Made by a program: the position numbers and the translations under genes. This document shows positions 51,657 through 64,000 of a stretch of 64,000 bases of DNA, piece after piece; position 1 is the stretch's first letter; the number at the start of each line of letters is the position of its first letter. The DNA is taken from positions 69,688,001-69,752,000 of the forward strand of contig OX597831.1 in assembly GCA_951406725.2 (NCBI GenBank), read 5' to 3'. The notes under the pieces were generated by a model. That model had not been told where the DNA came from. It searched no databases and worked only from the letters and a program-made list of their open reading frames with translations. Source of the DNA: Octopus vulgaris (lineage: Eukaryota).

Positions 51657-52445
51657 AAATAGTGTATATTTAAATACATAGAGAATCCACTTATAGGGAT
51701 TCTAAGTGCTAGAAAGAACAGCTAAGTTCTATAACCACCAAAAATTGGGGATAAGATTCGACAGGAATAAATTTAGAAATTAAAAACATTTAAGGTCTAG
51801 ATTCCTGGACCAATTGGTTTCTAATCTTCTTTTAGTGAGTCGTAGAGATCTCACAGGGTCTGATTTTCGTCAACAAGAACCAACCTATCTACACGAGACA
51901 AAAAAGGTTATCTGTCCCGTGTACATACGACCTGACCCTTCAAATTTTCTGTGCAGACGCAGACCATTTGTTGACTACAATAAACCGTCAACTTTTAACC
52001 GAAAATTATCCAAAAATTTGCAGTATTCAATAATATCAAAGGAAAATGGAATTTAATTAAAGTCAAAACATTCAATCAAAAATTACATTTCCAGTGGTCT
52101 AACGCGTAAAAAAGTTTTAGTCAAAAAGACTATATATTAGTCATACAAAATAGTGTATATTTAAATACATAGAGAATCCAAGAAGATTAGAAACCAATTG
52201 GTCCAGGAATTTAGACGGTAAATGTTTTTAATTTCCAAATTTATTCCTGTCAAATCTTATCCCCAATTTTTGGTGGTTATAGAACTTAGCTGTTCTTTCT
52301 AGCGCGTAGAATCCCTGTAAATGGATTCTTTATGTATTTAAATATACACTATTTTGTATGACTAATATATAGTCTTTTTGACTAAATTTTTTTTACGTGT
52401 TGGACCACTGGAAATGTAATTTTTGATTCCATTTCCCTTTGATAT

Positions 52446-52446
<1 letters not shown>
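51655..52446. repeat. Nested direct plus inverted repeat array (PLE pseudo-LTR-like) between (TA)n tracts
   Basis: 52181-52446 is the reverse complement of 52030-52145 joined to 51655-51830; 51655-51688 is repeated directly at 52146-52180. Confidence 0.85.
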
Positions 52447-52476
<30 letters not shown>

Positions 52477-55021
52477 TATACAAGGTTTCTTCCAGTTTCT
52501 GCCTTCCAAATCCACTCACAAGTCTTTGGTTAGTCAGGAGATTTAGAAGAAGACAATAGTACATGGTACCACACAGCTGAACAGAACCTGAAACTATGTG
52601 GTCGAGAAGTGAACAATAAAAATTCATTATAAATTACCAGCTGAGATTTTGAATGTACATGATATTAACAAAGGACTCTATAAACATGAATTTGAAGCAA
52701 AAAAAAAATGTATAACAAACCTGCTGATGGGACACAAGCAATGTATCTAACCAGACGAGTACGTTATCAATAATGCCACACTGTGTTGGCATTTCCTTCC
52801 TTCTTTATTTACTTATAAATGTCAGTATGATTTTAACTACGTTATTAATCTTCTCAGCATCTTGCCTGCGTCACAGACAATTTCTCATCACTTTAGTACT
52901 CACAGAGATCAGTTGTGTGCACTAATATCTGACATGCATCAACATATATAAAATCTTGATCGATGCTTTTGATGAGAAACCATAAAATACAAATAAAGTA
53001 TATGCAAATCTAATATTTTTAAGGTAAACAATGCTAATTATTATGTCTCTATAAACATGGTAGCTATTTCACTGTGTATGCATATTGTTGCTGTCATTGT
53101 TGTTGTTTAGCCCTAGGCTAGCTCTGCTTATGCAAACTTGTGATCAAAATCCATTGCTTTAGGTACAGTTTTTATCTAAGAATGAATTATGTAATATGTC
53201 CCACCTTTTCTAACTTTGGTAAAATGTGATTTGCAGAAGGTTTGGGAACCAATTTTTGTATGGCAAGCAATCACATATAGGCCTCTTCACTAGACTGCTA
53301 TAAATATAAATTTATTGTTTGTGTAGATTAAACATAAAAGCAATTTTACACCACTGTTGTATTGTACACTGAAGAGTTTTCTATGTCAGACTTGCTGACT
53401 AAGAGTTATGATCAGAAAGTTCTAGAAAGTGCTCAGAAAATATTGTACTGAGAAATTTTTCTTGTTGTAGCTAAGATGCCATGAATTAAAATACAATAAA
53501 ATCTGTATCTTAATTCACTTTTCTCACGCAAAAAAGTTTGTATCTCTCTGATGTGATGATAACAAAATAGAATATTTTTCTGATGAATTATGTCTTATAT
53601 ATATATTTATTTTTCTCTTCTTTTGAATGCTTAATATTCCTTTTGAATATAATTTTTCTTGAATAATTAGTATTGGAAATGAATTCTGAAAATAAATAGT
53701 CTAGCATTGTAAGAATCAAAGTGAATTCTTTCTTGAGTGAAAGAACACAAGTTTCAATAAAAGCTAGTGGTATCATTGCTGCCAAAATAGGCAAAGATTG
53801 AAAGTTTTTCTCCATTTAATGAAGTGGAGTGATATAAAAAATACTTTTCATCACAAATAGCAACTATATCAGAAAGATTGAAATGACACGTAAATATAAT
53901 GTTGGCTTTTCTTAGCCAAAGACAAAATTGTTGCTTATGATAATATACTGAGGCATCAAGAATAGCATAATAATTCTACAATTCTAAAAAAATCTTTTTG
54001 TGTTTCTTTTTTTAACCACAGAACTTTCACTTCTTTGATAAACTCTCAAAAGAATATTCAATAGTGAACACGGGTCAGCTTCAACTGATATGCCGCTTTG
54101 TTTGTAGGTTGTTTTATAGCCTTTCATTTGGATATATTCTAGAATAATCAAATATATTATCATGTACAAGACATAGAATAAAGCCTTTAGAAAAGAAATA
54201 GCTTAAATAGGTATAAATAGGCAATTAATTATCTGCATCCCTTAGGTTATTAACAATCTATTAATTCTGTAGTAATTTGACAATCGATTAGCATTTTCAT
54301 GTATTTAGTTACAGCTCATTATCTTCTAGCAATTCATTTTAAAATTGCTTACTAAGGTAATGCTAATTGTTTCTTGAAATGAAAGAAGTTTCTAGCAGTG
54401 TAATTATCTACAGGAGTTCCTTTATAGTTGTAAATGTTATTATTAATGATAAGCTGGTAGAATTGTAAGAGTGTCAGACAAAATGCCCGTCAGTATTTGT
54501 TCCTGCTCTTTCTGTTCATTCTGAGTTCAAATACTACTGGTGTCATCTTTGCATTTCATCCTTTCAAGGTTGATAAATTGGTACTTCGTAGATTATAATT
54601 TGCTTTCCATTAACAGATTTAAGACATTTAACATATGTAGCAGAATTGACAGCTTTCACACAGTAATAGAACTGAGAGATTTAAGCTAATAACAATAATA
54701 ACACATGATTACTTCACAAATGACTCTAATTAATCATTCTTGTTGTGTAATAATAAATAATAAATGAACAGAATAATATATTTACAATTAGAATTAACAG
54801 ATTATCAAAATAATTCATTTAGCAATATTAGCAAACTCTATGTCTTGACAGGTTGCCTGAAGGGATTAGAAACTTAGGCAGTTGCTCAGGTCATCACATA
54901 ATTGGGGGCACAAATCTTCAAAATAAAAGGGTAAAGTAAATAAATAAAATAGTAAATAAAGTAAATGACTTTGCCTTACATATGATAAATTGTAATATAG
55001 CGAACACTTTATTCTTATGTC

Positions 55022-55245
55022 TAACCCTTTAGCATTCAGATTATTCTGTCAAATGTAATGCTTATATAATCAAATTGTTTTGAATTAATCATGCATTAAA
55101 TTGTAGCTTTGAAATTTTGATCATATGATTGCTTACTTTTAGAATGATATTATAGGGTAGGTTTGAAAAGCCAGATGTGGCCAATTCGAACATAAAACAG
55201 GTACAATAGTTGGACCTGATATGGCCAGTTTAAATGCTAAATGTT
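55022..55245. mobile_element. piggyBac-type MITE (second family)
   Basis: taaccctttagcatt...aatgctaaa termini; partial copy ending gggttaa at 8728-8812. Confidence 0.6.
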
Positions 55246-55682
55246 TGAAGTTTTGCTCTGTGAAAAAGGGTGTCAAAATTTAGCTTGCTTGAGGTGTCTA
55301 GAGTATGATACAAGTGAGTTGAAATACAAAATATTTTCTGATAAATAAGAACTCAGAGAAAACTAAACAAATGCTAAACTGCTTATCAAATATAGAATTC
55401 ATCTGTTGATACTAAAAGAGTTTGTCCAATTACTCTCAGCTATTTTCTCCTTAACTTTCTCAGGTATACACTTTTTGGCCTACATTTTTGGCCAAGCTAG
55501 GTGACATATTTATTTTGGTTTTATTTTTCCCTTCAGTAGCCTTAATCATCTTAGCTTGAAATATTTATGGTATGTTGATATCCTATAAATATAAAAGATT
55601 TAGGATAAGCAAACAGATCCAACATCGAACTTAAATTTTCATCAATTGTGTGATACTGATATATAAGACTATTATCTATATA

Positions 55683-55896
55683 TTGGTTTCAAAGTTTGGC
55701 ACAAGGCCTGCAGTTCTAAGGTAGGTGGTAATTTGATTACATCAACACCAGTGCTCAACTGGTATTTATTTTATCAATCTCAAAAGGATGAAGGGTAAAG
55801 TCAATCTAGGCAGAATTTGAACTCAAGATGTAAAGATGAATGAAATGCTGCCAAGCATTTTGCCTATGTGCCAACAAGTCTGCCAGCTTGCTGCCT
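55683..55896 (-). mobile_element. SINE family B (diverged)
   Basis: aaaggatgaagggtaaagtcaa...gaatttgaactc. Confidence 0.75.
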
Positions 55897-56570
55897 TATT
55901 ATAATATATATGTTAAAACAATAGTACATTCCTACCTACCTTCCATGTTTTGCTAAGGCAAGTAACGCAAATGAAATGAGAAGTAAACAGTAGATAGTTA
56001 TGTTAGTTGTGGTGGTGGATCTGTTGGCTGTGACTGTAGATTGAAAGTGATGAATGGAGAAAAATACAGAGAAAGATAGAGAGTGAAACAAAGACAAACA
56101 GACAAGCAGGGAGATGGGGGTGGAGATAGAAAAAAAAAGAGATATAAACAGTGGAATCAATGAATACATAGAAAGAGAAAACAGGAGAAATAAAGATTGA
56201 GACAAAATAAGACAGAGAATTCTAAGAAGTGAGAGACTGAATTGAAGTAAGCCTCAAGAGAAAGAGAATGAAGGTAATATGGAGAGTTAAATATGAAAAG
56301 GTGTGGGAGGAAAGAAAGCGTGTAAAGATGTAGTAAGAGGTGGAATATGACTGTCTTTGGTTATCCTCTCATTCATTCTCTCTCTCTCTCTCTCTCTCTC
56401 TAATTCTTGATCACTCTCTCTCCCTCCCTCTCTCTCTGCATCTGTTTGGAGTGTTTAGAAGTGTATCTTAGTGTATAAGATAACAGTTTCTCATGGAAGG
56501 GAGTAAGTCAAGCCTATCGAACCCAGGGAAGTCATATTTTGCTACAAGAATGGAAACAATACTCCAATAT

Positions 56571-56609
<39 letters not shown>

Positions 56610-56784
56610 TTGTGTAATATATAAAGCTTAAGTGATAGTCAGTGTGTGAACTAATGATGCAACCATGGCATGCATATTCATAAATATTATATGGTAATTG
56701 TCGCAATTATAATATAATTATATATTTTGAATTAAGTATGATATATATATATATATATAAAGTATGATATATATACTTATAACA

Positions 56785-56858
56785 TGTCCCATATTATAAT
56801 AAAGCATTAAAAGAAGCAGGATATAACTCTAATATATAATTCTTTAATTATTATGAAC

Positions 56859-56912
<54 letters not shown>

Positions 56913-57590
56913 TAACAAGTACTCCTAATAAAACTAATAATAAATCTAACAGTAAAAATATGAATAATTATAATAAAAGACAATATAACAAACTAAATAA
57001 AGATAAAAATAATATAGTCGTTAATAATGATTATAATAATAATAGTAATAATGATAATGAGAATATAAGCAATAGTAAGAAACATAAAAATGTATACATA
57101 AAGAGATATAATATACCTAAGAATAATAATTTAATTCTAATGATGTCTGCTAATAATGATAATATAAAAAATATATGGTTAATCATTCCGTATGGGGATC
57201 AACTTATAACTAGTATTATTAAGGAGACACTTAAAATAGTAAAAATGGTTTTTAAAATGGACAATAATTATTCAAATATATTTTCCAATAAAACCATAAG
57301 AGTGGGATACTCACCATCAAGAAATGTAGACAATATCATTTCCTCTATAAATAATAAGAAATTAAATAATTATTATAATAACATAATAAATAATAGCTCT
57401 AGCCATGATATTACCAATAGTGATGTAAGACTTAATCAACATTTAGAAAAAATGTTCATGTCGTGATAAGACTAAATGTAAGTTTCTAATAATTGTAATA
57501 TAGATAATGTAATTTATAAATGTTTAGTTAGCTCTAAGAACAATAATAAAAACATTATAAATAAGGCTTGTATTGGGTCAAGCCTTATGA
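56785..57590 (+). mobile_element. Penelope-like element relic with Asn-rich linker
   Basis: PYYNKALKEAGY...(N-rich)...NIWLIIPYG..IFSNKTIRVGYSPSRNVDNIISSINNKKL...CSCRDKTKC..NCNIDNVIYKCLV..CIGSS matches the PLE thumb-linker-GIY-YIG order. Confidence 0.8.
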
Positions 57591-57872
57591 ACTTTTCTCA
57601 TGTGAATAGAAAAATGAAATACAAAGAATTAGGATTTGTAACATAGTCATGCAGCAGCAGAATTATAATATTAGCTTGACTGTGTCTTTTATGCCATTCC
57701 ACACTTAAGATTGTTTACTGCTTGACATAGAGTGAAAAATAAGGTAGAGGTAGTGATAAGATCTATAGCTTTCAGAGATATTGTCACCTAAGATGGCACA
57801 TACAATACTACTTATACAGAATTTTACATCATCAAAAGAATCAAATATTTCAGGCAAGATATAATTTCAAAA

Positions 57873-58908
57873 GAAACCATATATTTCATGCTTCTCTATA
57901 AACTTCTGGCCAACTTACATTTTTCACATAAACATGGAATATCCATAGGTATTGTTAGTACTAGTTAGGCAGTGAAAAATATATCATATTCTTTTGTTGG
58001 TGTTTTTTTTTACTATTGTTATCCTATTTTTAACTGTGAAGGTATGTTATTCTAAAGAGCAGCACTGAAAATATGTTTTACATTTTAAAGATTTTTGGAG
58101 TTTTCTTCTGGTAAAATAGGAAGATAGTTGCAACAGATTTACTAGCTGCATATCAACTATCATACTGGTTCATGCTCTTTTGTTGAATTTCATAAATATA
58201 GAAGCTATGAATTGAAGAAATTGTTGGCACTGTGTCAACTATAGCACTGCTCATCAAATCAGAACTAAAAGTTTCTTGCACACTATGTTTCCTTCATTAG
58301 AAGTAACGGCTAATAAAGATTATTTCTAACACAGTAGTTCAAACTAACTTGCTTCCATATCTAAACTGTAGGCATAATGCAATTGTTTATGAAACCATAT
58401 ATTTCATGCTTCTCTATAAACTTCTGGCCAACTTACATTTTTCACATAAACATGGAATATCCATAGGTATTGTTAGTACTAGTTAGGCAGTGAAAAATAT
58501 ATCATATTCTTTTGTTGGTGTTTTTTTTTACTATTGTTATCCTATTTTTAACTGTGAAGGTATGTTATTCTAAAGAGCAGCACTGAAAATATGTTTTACA
58601 TTTTAAAGATTTTTGGAGTTTTCTTCTGGTAAAATAGGAAGATAGTTGCAACAGATTTACTAGCTGCATATCAACTATCATACTGGTTCATGCTCTTTTG
58701 TTGAATTTCATAAATATAGAAGCTATGAATTGAAGAAATTGTTGGCACTGTGTCAACTATAGCACTGCTCATCAAATCAGAACTAAAAGTTTCTTGCACA
58801 CTATGTTTCCTTCATTAGAAGTAACGGCTAATAAAGATTATTTCTAACACAGTAGTTCAAACTAACTTGCTTCCATATCTAAACTGTAGGCATAATGCAA
58901 TTGTTTAT
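57873..58908. repeat. Tandem duplication, 2 x 518 bp
   Basis: 57873-58390 equals 58391-58908; no difference found by eye. Confidence 0.95.
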
Positions 58909-59864
58909 AACATTATTTGATGCCATTCTATGAGGGAACTTTAGTAGCCTACTAGACATCACTTCATCAACAATAGCAGCTTCACTACTCTGCCTCTCTT
59001 GAATCTTGTTTGATATTCTTCAAAAAAGTTTTATGCGTATGTTAATACAAATTTGTCAGAGGATGTGCAGAGCTTATAAACTCCTGTGGTTATGAATATT
59101 TTAAATGAGAAAATTTATCAATCAATATTTGCATATTTATGCCTCAACTTGCCTTTACTTTTTTTTTTCTGTATTTTATACTTCAAATATGGCTGAATGT
59201 TGAATATTAGTTATTAGCTGTGGAGTAGTCATTGTCAACTTTATAAAAGTGTTTAACTTATTAGAAGCAGAGCATGAAGTATTGCAAAAAGAAAAAAAAT
59301 ATATATAAAATAAAAGTGATGGTTCTTTTGATGAACCATCATTCACTGGGTAAAATATTGAAGTATAATTGCTGTATATTAAATCTCTCTTATTGAATAT
59401 GCAAAGTCCATAGAGAAGAGAAAATCTACTGAGGGTACCAAACAGAAAACTGAAGTATCAACAGTAATGAATATATTTTGAATTTAATGGTTGCAGATGA
59501 GGTTAGTCACAGAAGTTATTAGTCTCCTTCTGCTATTTAACTGGTGGCTTGTTAGTGGTTAATGTCATTTAATTGCTGCTTAATGTGCGGTTGACGTTGT
59601 TCAACTGCTGATTATCAGGTGGATTATATTGTTATGTAACTGCTGCTCAAGAACTGATTAAAGATATAAAATACCTGGTTAAGTGATGATTAAAAGAAAG
59701 AAACTGGTAATTAAACAATATTTAAATAGCAATTAATCATTTTGATTTGCAACTATATATTACTGAAGTCTCAAACCTAAATAGAGATATGACAACACTG
59801 AATAACATTTAATTCTTAAGGACAACTGTTACTTAAAGACAGTTACATTTTCATTATAATATAT

Positions 59865-60064
59865 ACTCTTTTACTCTTTTGACTGCGGCCAAGCTGGAGC
59901 ACCGCCTTTAATCGAGCAACTCGACCCTGGGACTTATTCTTTTGTAAGCTCAGTACTTATTCTATTGGTCACTTTTGCCGAACCGCTAAGTAACGGGGAC
60001 ATAAACACACCAGCATCGGTTGTCAAGCGATGTTGGGGGGACAAACACAGATACGCAAACATAT

Positions 60065-60095
<31 letters not shown>

Positions 60096-60269
60096 CATAT
60101 ATACGACAGGCTTCTTTCAGTTTCCGTCTGCCAAATACACTCAGAAGGATTTGGTTAGCCCAAGGCTATAGTAGAAGACACTTGCCCAAGGTGCCACACA
60201 GTGGGACTGAACCCTGAACCATGTGGTTGGGAAGCAAGCTTCTTAACACACAGCCACTTCTGCACCTAT
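59865..60269 (-). mobile_element. SINE family A, full length
   Basis: Reverse complement of family A. Confidence 0.9.
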
Positions 60270-60271
60270 AT

Positions 60272-60520
60272 CCATTCTGTCTGTCTGTGTGTGTGTCTTC
60301 TAGGATCTCGGGCATCCTCCATCCGATTGCACTCAAATTTGATATGTAAATACTGATGGTATCAGGGCGTGTATAAGTCTTCAAAAAATTACAAAAATCG
60401 ATTCCAGGTGAGAATGCGATCGATAAAGCCGTGGGAACGTGTATTTGTACGCGCAAGTACATCGGCTGTTGCGATTGACACGACGTGCACGTGAGTAAAA
60501 TGTCCGTGCAGTTTCCTACA
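60272..60520 (+). mobile_element. Possible Helitron/Helentron-type 5' region
   Basis: (CTGT)n then ccgattgcactcaaatttg, typical of rolling-circle element 5' ends; CpG-rich; 3' end not identified. Confidence 0.4.
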
Positions 60521-61179
60521 TGTTTTATCGGATAAACTTATTATTGTCCCAGGTATGTTCTCATAAATTCATCATTCTTTTCCAAATAGATTTACCTCCA
60601 GCTAACCCATTTGCATGCATCGTTTTTGTCCTGCTTTTCTTCCATCAACCTGTACATAACTGCACCTTCCATCTTTTATTGCTTTTGTTCTGCTTAAAGG
60701 CATGTTTCTTTCCAGCGAAGCTTACTGTTTAAACCATGTTTGTGTTCTCCCAGTCAACAGCCTTATCATTATTGGTACTTTAAACTCTTTGGTTGCATAG
60801 TTGTGTGAATAAAATCGTTTTTCTTTGGAATAGAAAAAAAGTCTATCATTATTTCTTCTTTTGCTGGTGTCTCAAGTTGTTTTGGAAAAATTTGGTTTAA
60901 ATGTTTGACAACTCAACATTCGAAATGCAGAGTAGATAAAACAATGGACAACTGTTGAAGGGATTGTTCTTTATGCTACCTGTCTCGTTTCTCATTGATT
61001 CTTTCGTTGTTCGAAAAAAGTTAGGCATTACAAAAAGATGGGATGTTTATGGCGAGAAGACCTCTGATCTTAATGTATACTTGAGCAACGCAACAACTAA
61101 CAATGCTACACCATACAGGGTGTTCCAGAACCAAGTATCTGTTTCAATGAAAATGAGCAAATTAAAAAAAAAACTTATT

Positions 61180-61322
61180 TACATTATTTACATTTGATGG
61201 ATATTTGTCCTCGTCTTGTTTGTTGTAAACACAATGTTTCAGCTGATATACTCTCCAGCCTTCATCAGGTGTCTTAGGGAAATTTCAAACCTGGGTTCTC
61301 ATTCCTAAGGTATTTTGTGATG

Positions 61323-61359
<37 letters not shown>

Positions 61360-61501
61360 TCACTGCCTGGAATCGAACTTGCAATCTTGGGGTTAGCAGC
61401 CCATGTTCTTAACAACTATGACATATGTGCAGACATATGGTGTAGTGGTTAAGAGCATGGGATACTAACCCCAAGATTCTGAGTTTGATTCCAGGCAGTG
61501 A

Positions 61502-61551
<50 letters not shown>

Positions 61552-61725
61552 TTAACATCGAAAAATACCTTAAGAATGAGAACTCAGGTTCGAAATTTCC
61601 CCAAGACACATGATGAAGGCTTGAGGGTATATCAGCTGAAACGCGTTAACAACAAACAAGATGAGGACAAATATCTGTCAAATGTAAATAATGTACATAA
61701 TTCCTCATCTCTTAAATATAGAACT
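61180..61725. mobile_element. Palindromic tRNA-headed, hammerhead-bearing element (candidate PLE-mobilised SINE)
   Basis: Two ~250 bp head-to-head arms centred at ~61430; each has A/B-box tRNA head, (AAT)n and HHR motif; right arm has an extra ~30 nt 3' extension. Confidence 0.8.
61228..61273 (-). ncRNA. Minimal type I hammerhead ribozyme motif
   Basis: Minus gacac-CTGATGA-a-ggctg-gagagtatat-cagct-GAAAC-ATT-gtgtt; mirror copy at 61605-61647 (+) has a C-to-A core change. Confidence 0.7.
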
Positions 61726-62149
61726 GTATTAAAAAAAGCTGACAGAATTTTGTTTAGTACCAAAACAAATACTTTTATTGAAAATTTTCAACATGTCTGT
61801 ATCCCTGCATGCTTCAAATCTCTCCTTGACATTGTGAAACACATTTTGAAGCATTTCAGAAGTTAACTCCTGCACTGTTAACTGAATGTGTTCTTTAAGC
61901 TCAGCTAAACGACTACTCCATCTTGGGGGTGGGTGGAGGTAAAGAAAATGATTACTGCCAAATTGAAAAAAAGCTGTCATGGACAAATAAGAGGGGTCCA
62001 AAAGGTTACCAGCCCCTATCCACATGCACATACACGCTCTCACATACACACACATGCACATCTTCGTTTGAGATCACCACTACTTTATTATCTCCCCTTC
62101 TTCCTAGCTCTCCTGTCTGACCACCACCGTCCGGCATTTGCCATGATTG

Positions 62150-62325
62150 ATTGCTAGCCACTAAACCTTTTTCATTTTCTCTCTCTGCTTATTTCCGTGT
62201 TCCTTTCTGTTGAAGAGCATAGGCTTGAAATGTAAAAGACTTTCTCATTTCCCAAGTGTTAAACTAATACATCTGTTATTTACAACCGGTCTTCATATTT
62301 TAGTTTTTTGTAAATTCCAACTGTA
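62150..62325 (+). mobile_element. PLE-type 3' tail with HHR-like motif
   Basis: cttt-CTGTTGA-a-gagc-atag-gctt-GAAAT-GTA-aaag; same family as 22725-22920. Confidence 0.6.
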
Positions 62326-63559
62326 GCAATAATATATTAAAATTACAATAGTCTAAAATATTTATAACTGCCTTTCCTAAAAATAGTCTCAGAACTTTTT
62401 GGTTTTCATAGTAGAAGACACTTGCCTAACATGTTGCTCAGCTGGAGTGAACCCAATGCTACTTGGTTAGAAAATGAACTTAATCACACAGCAATGTCTG
62501 TACCATATTAATTAACCTGAATTAATCCCAGTTAATCAAAGATTTTCATTAAAATTATATTAAAGATGAAGCTCTCTCTTCCTTAATCTCTCACTCACAG
62601 ACATACACACATGCACAGATATTTATGTACTAAATATATTTATGCATAGAAAACTTCCTGATAAAATTTAATATGCGTGTTTAAAATGTAAAAAAATATC
62701 TCTCTTGGTTTAAATTAAAAAAAATATTCTCGATACTGTAATAACTGATGTTATAATTTCATGATTTCACAAGAAGCTGCTGCTGGCAATACACATGCAT
62801 ACATATGTATGTACATACATACATACATGTATGTATTTATATATAAAGATAGATATATACATAAACATTGATATATATTTTTGTATGTATGTATGTATGA
62901 GATTGTGTGTATGTTTTTTTGGCTCTTCAAAATTAAGTTCATTTCATATTTGTTATGTAGTTTGATGCAGTTTTTATATATATATATATTTTTAATTACC
63001 TTTACATTTATAATTTTCAACTAATTATGAAGTACTCAGGCTTTTGAGTCTCATGTCTGGTTCCAATATGACATCGCAAGGCAAACAAAAGTTGCTATGT
63101 ATTGTCTATGTGTGCTGACATCACTCCTTTACTCATGTCAGACATGAACCCTTTAAATACATCATGTGGAGGTGTTTGAATGCATCAGTCAGGGGGATGT
63201 ACTAGACCCTTTTTGCATGTTGGCTGGTCCTGGCAGATTCCAGACTCAGAGGCTTTGAGAGGAGCTGACATTCTGAGCTTTGAAGTGATGCTGCACACAA
63301 TTATGTTAGACAGGACACTTTGTTTGTATAAATAATCAGAGAATTCCTGTGTAGGTCTTATATGATAAACTTGGTCATGGAAAGTGCCCAGTGTGAGGTC
63401 CTTGTTGGGTGTTTAATTGGGAAAGCAATACTTGTCATAGCTATCAGTGAAGAAAACAAGGGGTTACGTGATCATGAGAATTTTCAGCCATCCATTCCTG
63501 TGTTACTAGAGCCATGTGAGATAGAGCAGAGTCTTACTGAAACTCATATGGCATTCCAT

Positions 63560-64000
63560 TGCATACACTGTCTATCCAGGGCTTAATAATTATTTCCAGA
63601 ACCTCAATGTTGGTGATAGAGTTAACTCTAAGGCCTCATGGAAAGAAGTATGAAGACATTATATGTCCTTCATTGCTGACAACCCCTAAAACCATGACAG
63701 CTGCAGGAAATTTTGTATACGTAATACTTGGTACTTCAGAAGGGTCTGCACATAACCATCTGTTATTTCTTCTGTTAACTTTTTGATCTTGGTTGAAGTT
63801 TTTCTCATTTGAGGAAAACCAAATCAAATCTTCTTCTGCTGGATTTTTCAGTTTGTTTAAGAGCCTTTTAGATCTGATGTAGTGATTTTCTTTTGCTTTT
63901 TCTGACAAATTGACCTTTCATCATCATATAAGACTTATATACCTGAAGTTTTCATGGACAACATTTCTGAATGTTCCTTCTGACACATGGAGATCTTTTC
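63560..64000 (-). mobile_element. maT/DD37D-like Tc1/mariner transposase relic (runs off the window)
   Basis: LLNKLK..WFSSNEKNFNQDQKVNRRNNRW..TKFPAAVMVLGVVSNEGHIM..FF; related to 46631-47503. Confidence 0.85.

Larger units (their letters stand above)
61115..61920 (-). mobile_element. Tc1/mariner 3' relic interrupted by the palindromic element
   Basis: TA|cagggtgttcca terminus; 61790-61920 minus LAELKEHIQLTVQELTSEMLQNVFHNVKERFEAC resembles a transposase C-terminus. Confidence 0.65.

Noticed and set aside
53588-54169. Two minus-strand ORFs with acceptor-like sites
   Set aside because: No recognisable domain and no convincing donors; within chance expectation.
61432-61503. Functional tRNA gene
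   Set aside because: Acceptor stem does not pair and there is no long variable arm or oligo-T terminator; treated as a SINE head.

Overview
AT-rich, microsatellite-dense eukaryotic DNA with no intact protein-coding gene that I can support. The SINE families and (TA)n/(AAT)n landscape look like an Octopus (cephalopod) genome; this is inference from pattern recognition, not a search. The window is a mosaic of decayed mobile elements: three abundant short retroposon families, RTE and R4/Dong LINE 3' ends, piggyBac, mariner and maT/Tc1 transposase relics, MITEs, a Helitron, and three Penelope-like (PLE, GIY-YIG) relics. The main unexplained structure is a set of about 12 fold-back elements and PLE-type tails, mostly beside (TA)n tracts, many carrying minimal type I hammerhead ribozyme (HHR) motifs. 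The best candidate for a new system is 61180-61725: a head-to-head palindrome of a unit built from a tRNA-like Pol III head, an (AAT)n tract and an HHR-bearing PLE-type tail, i.e. a candidate Penelope-mobilised ribozyme SINE. Most ORFs in the supplied track are microsatellite or SINE artefacts. Coordinates were read by eye and may be off by a few bases.
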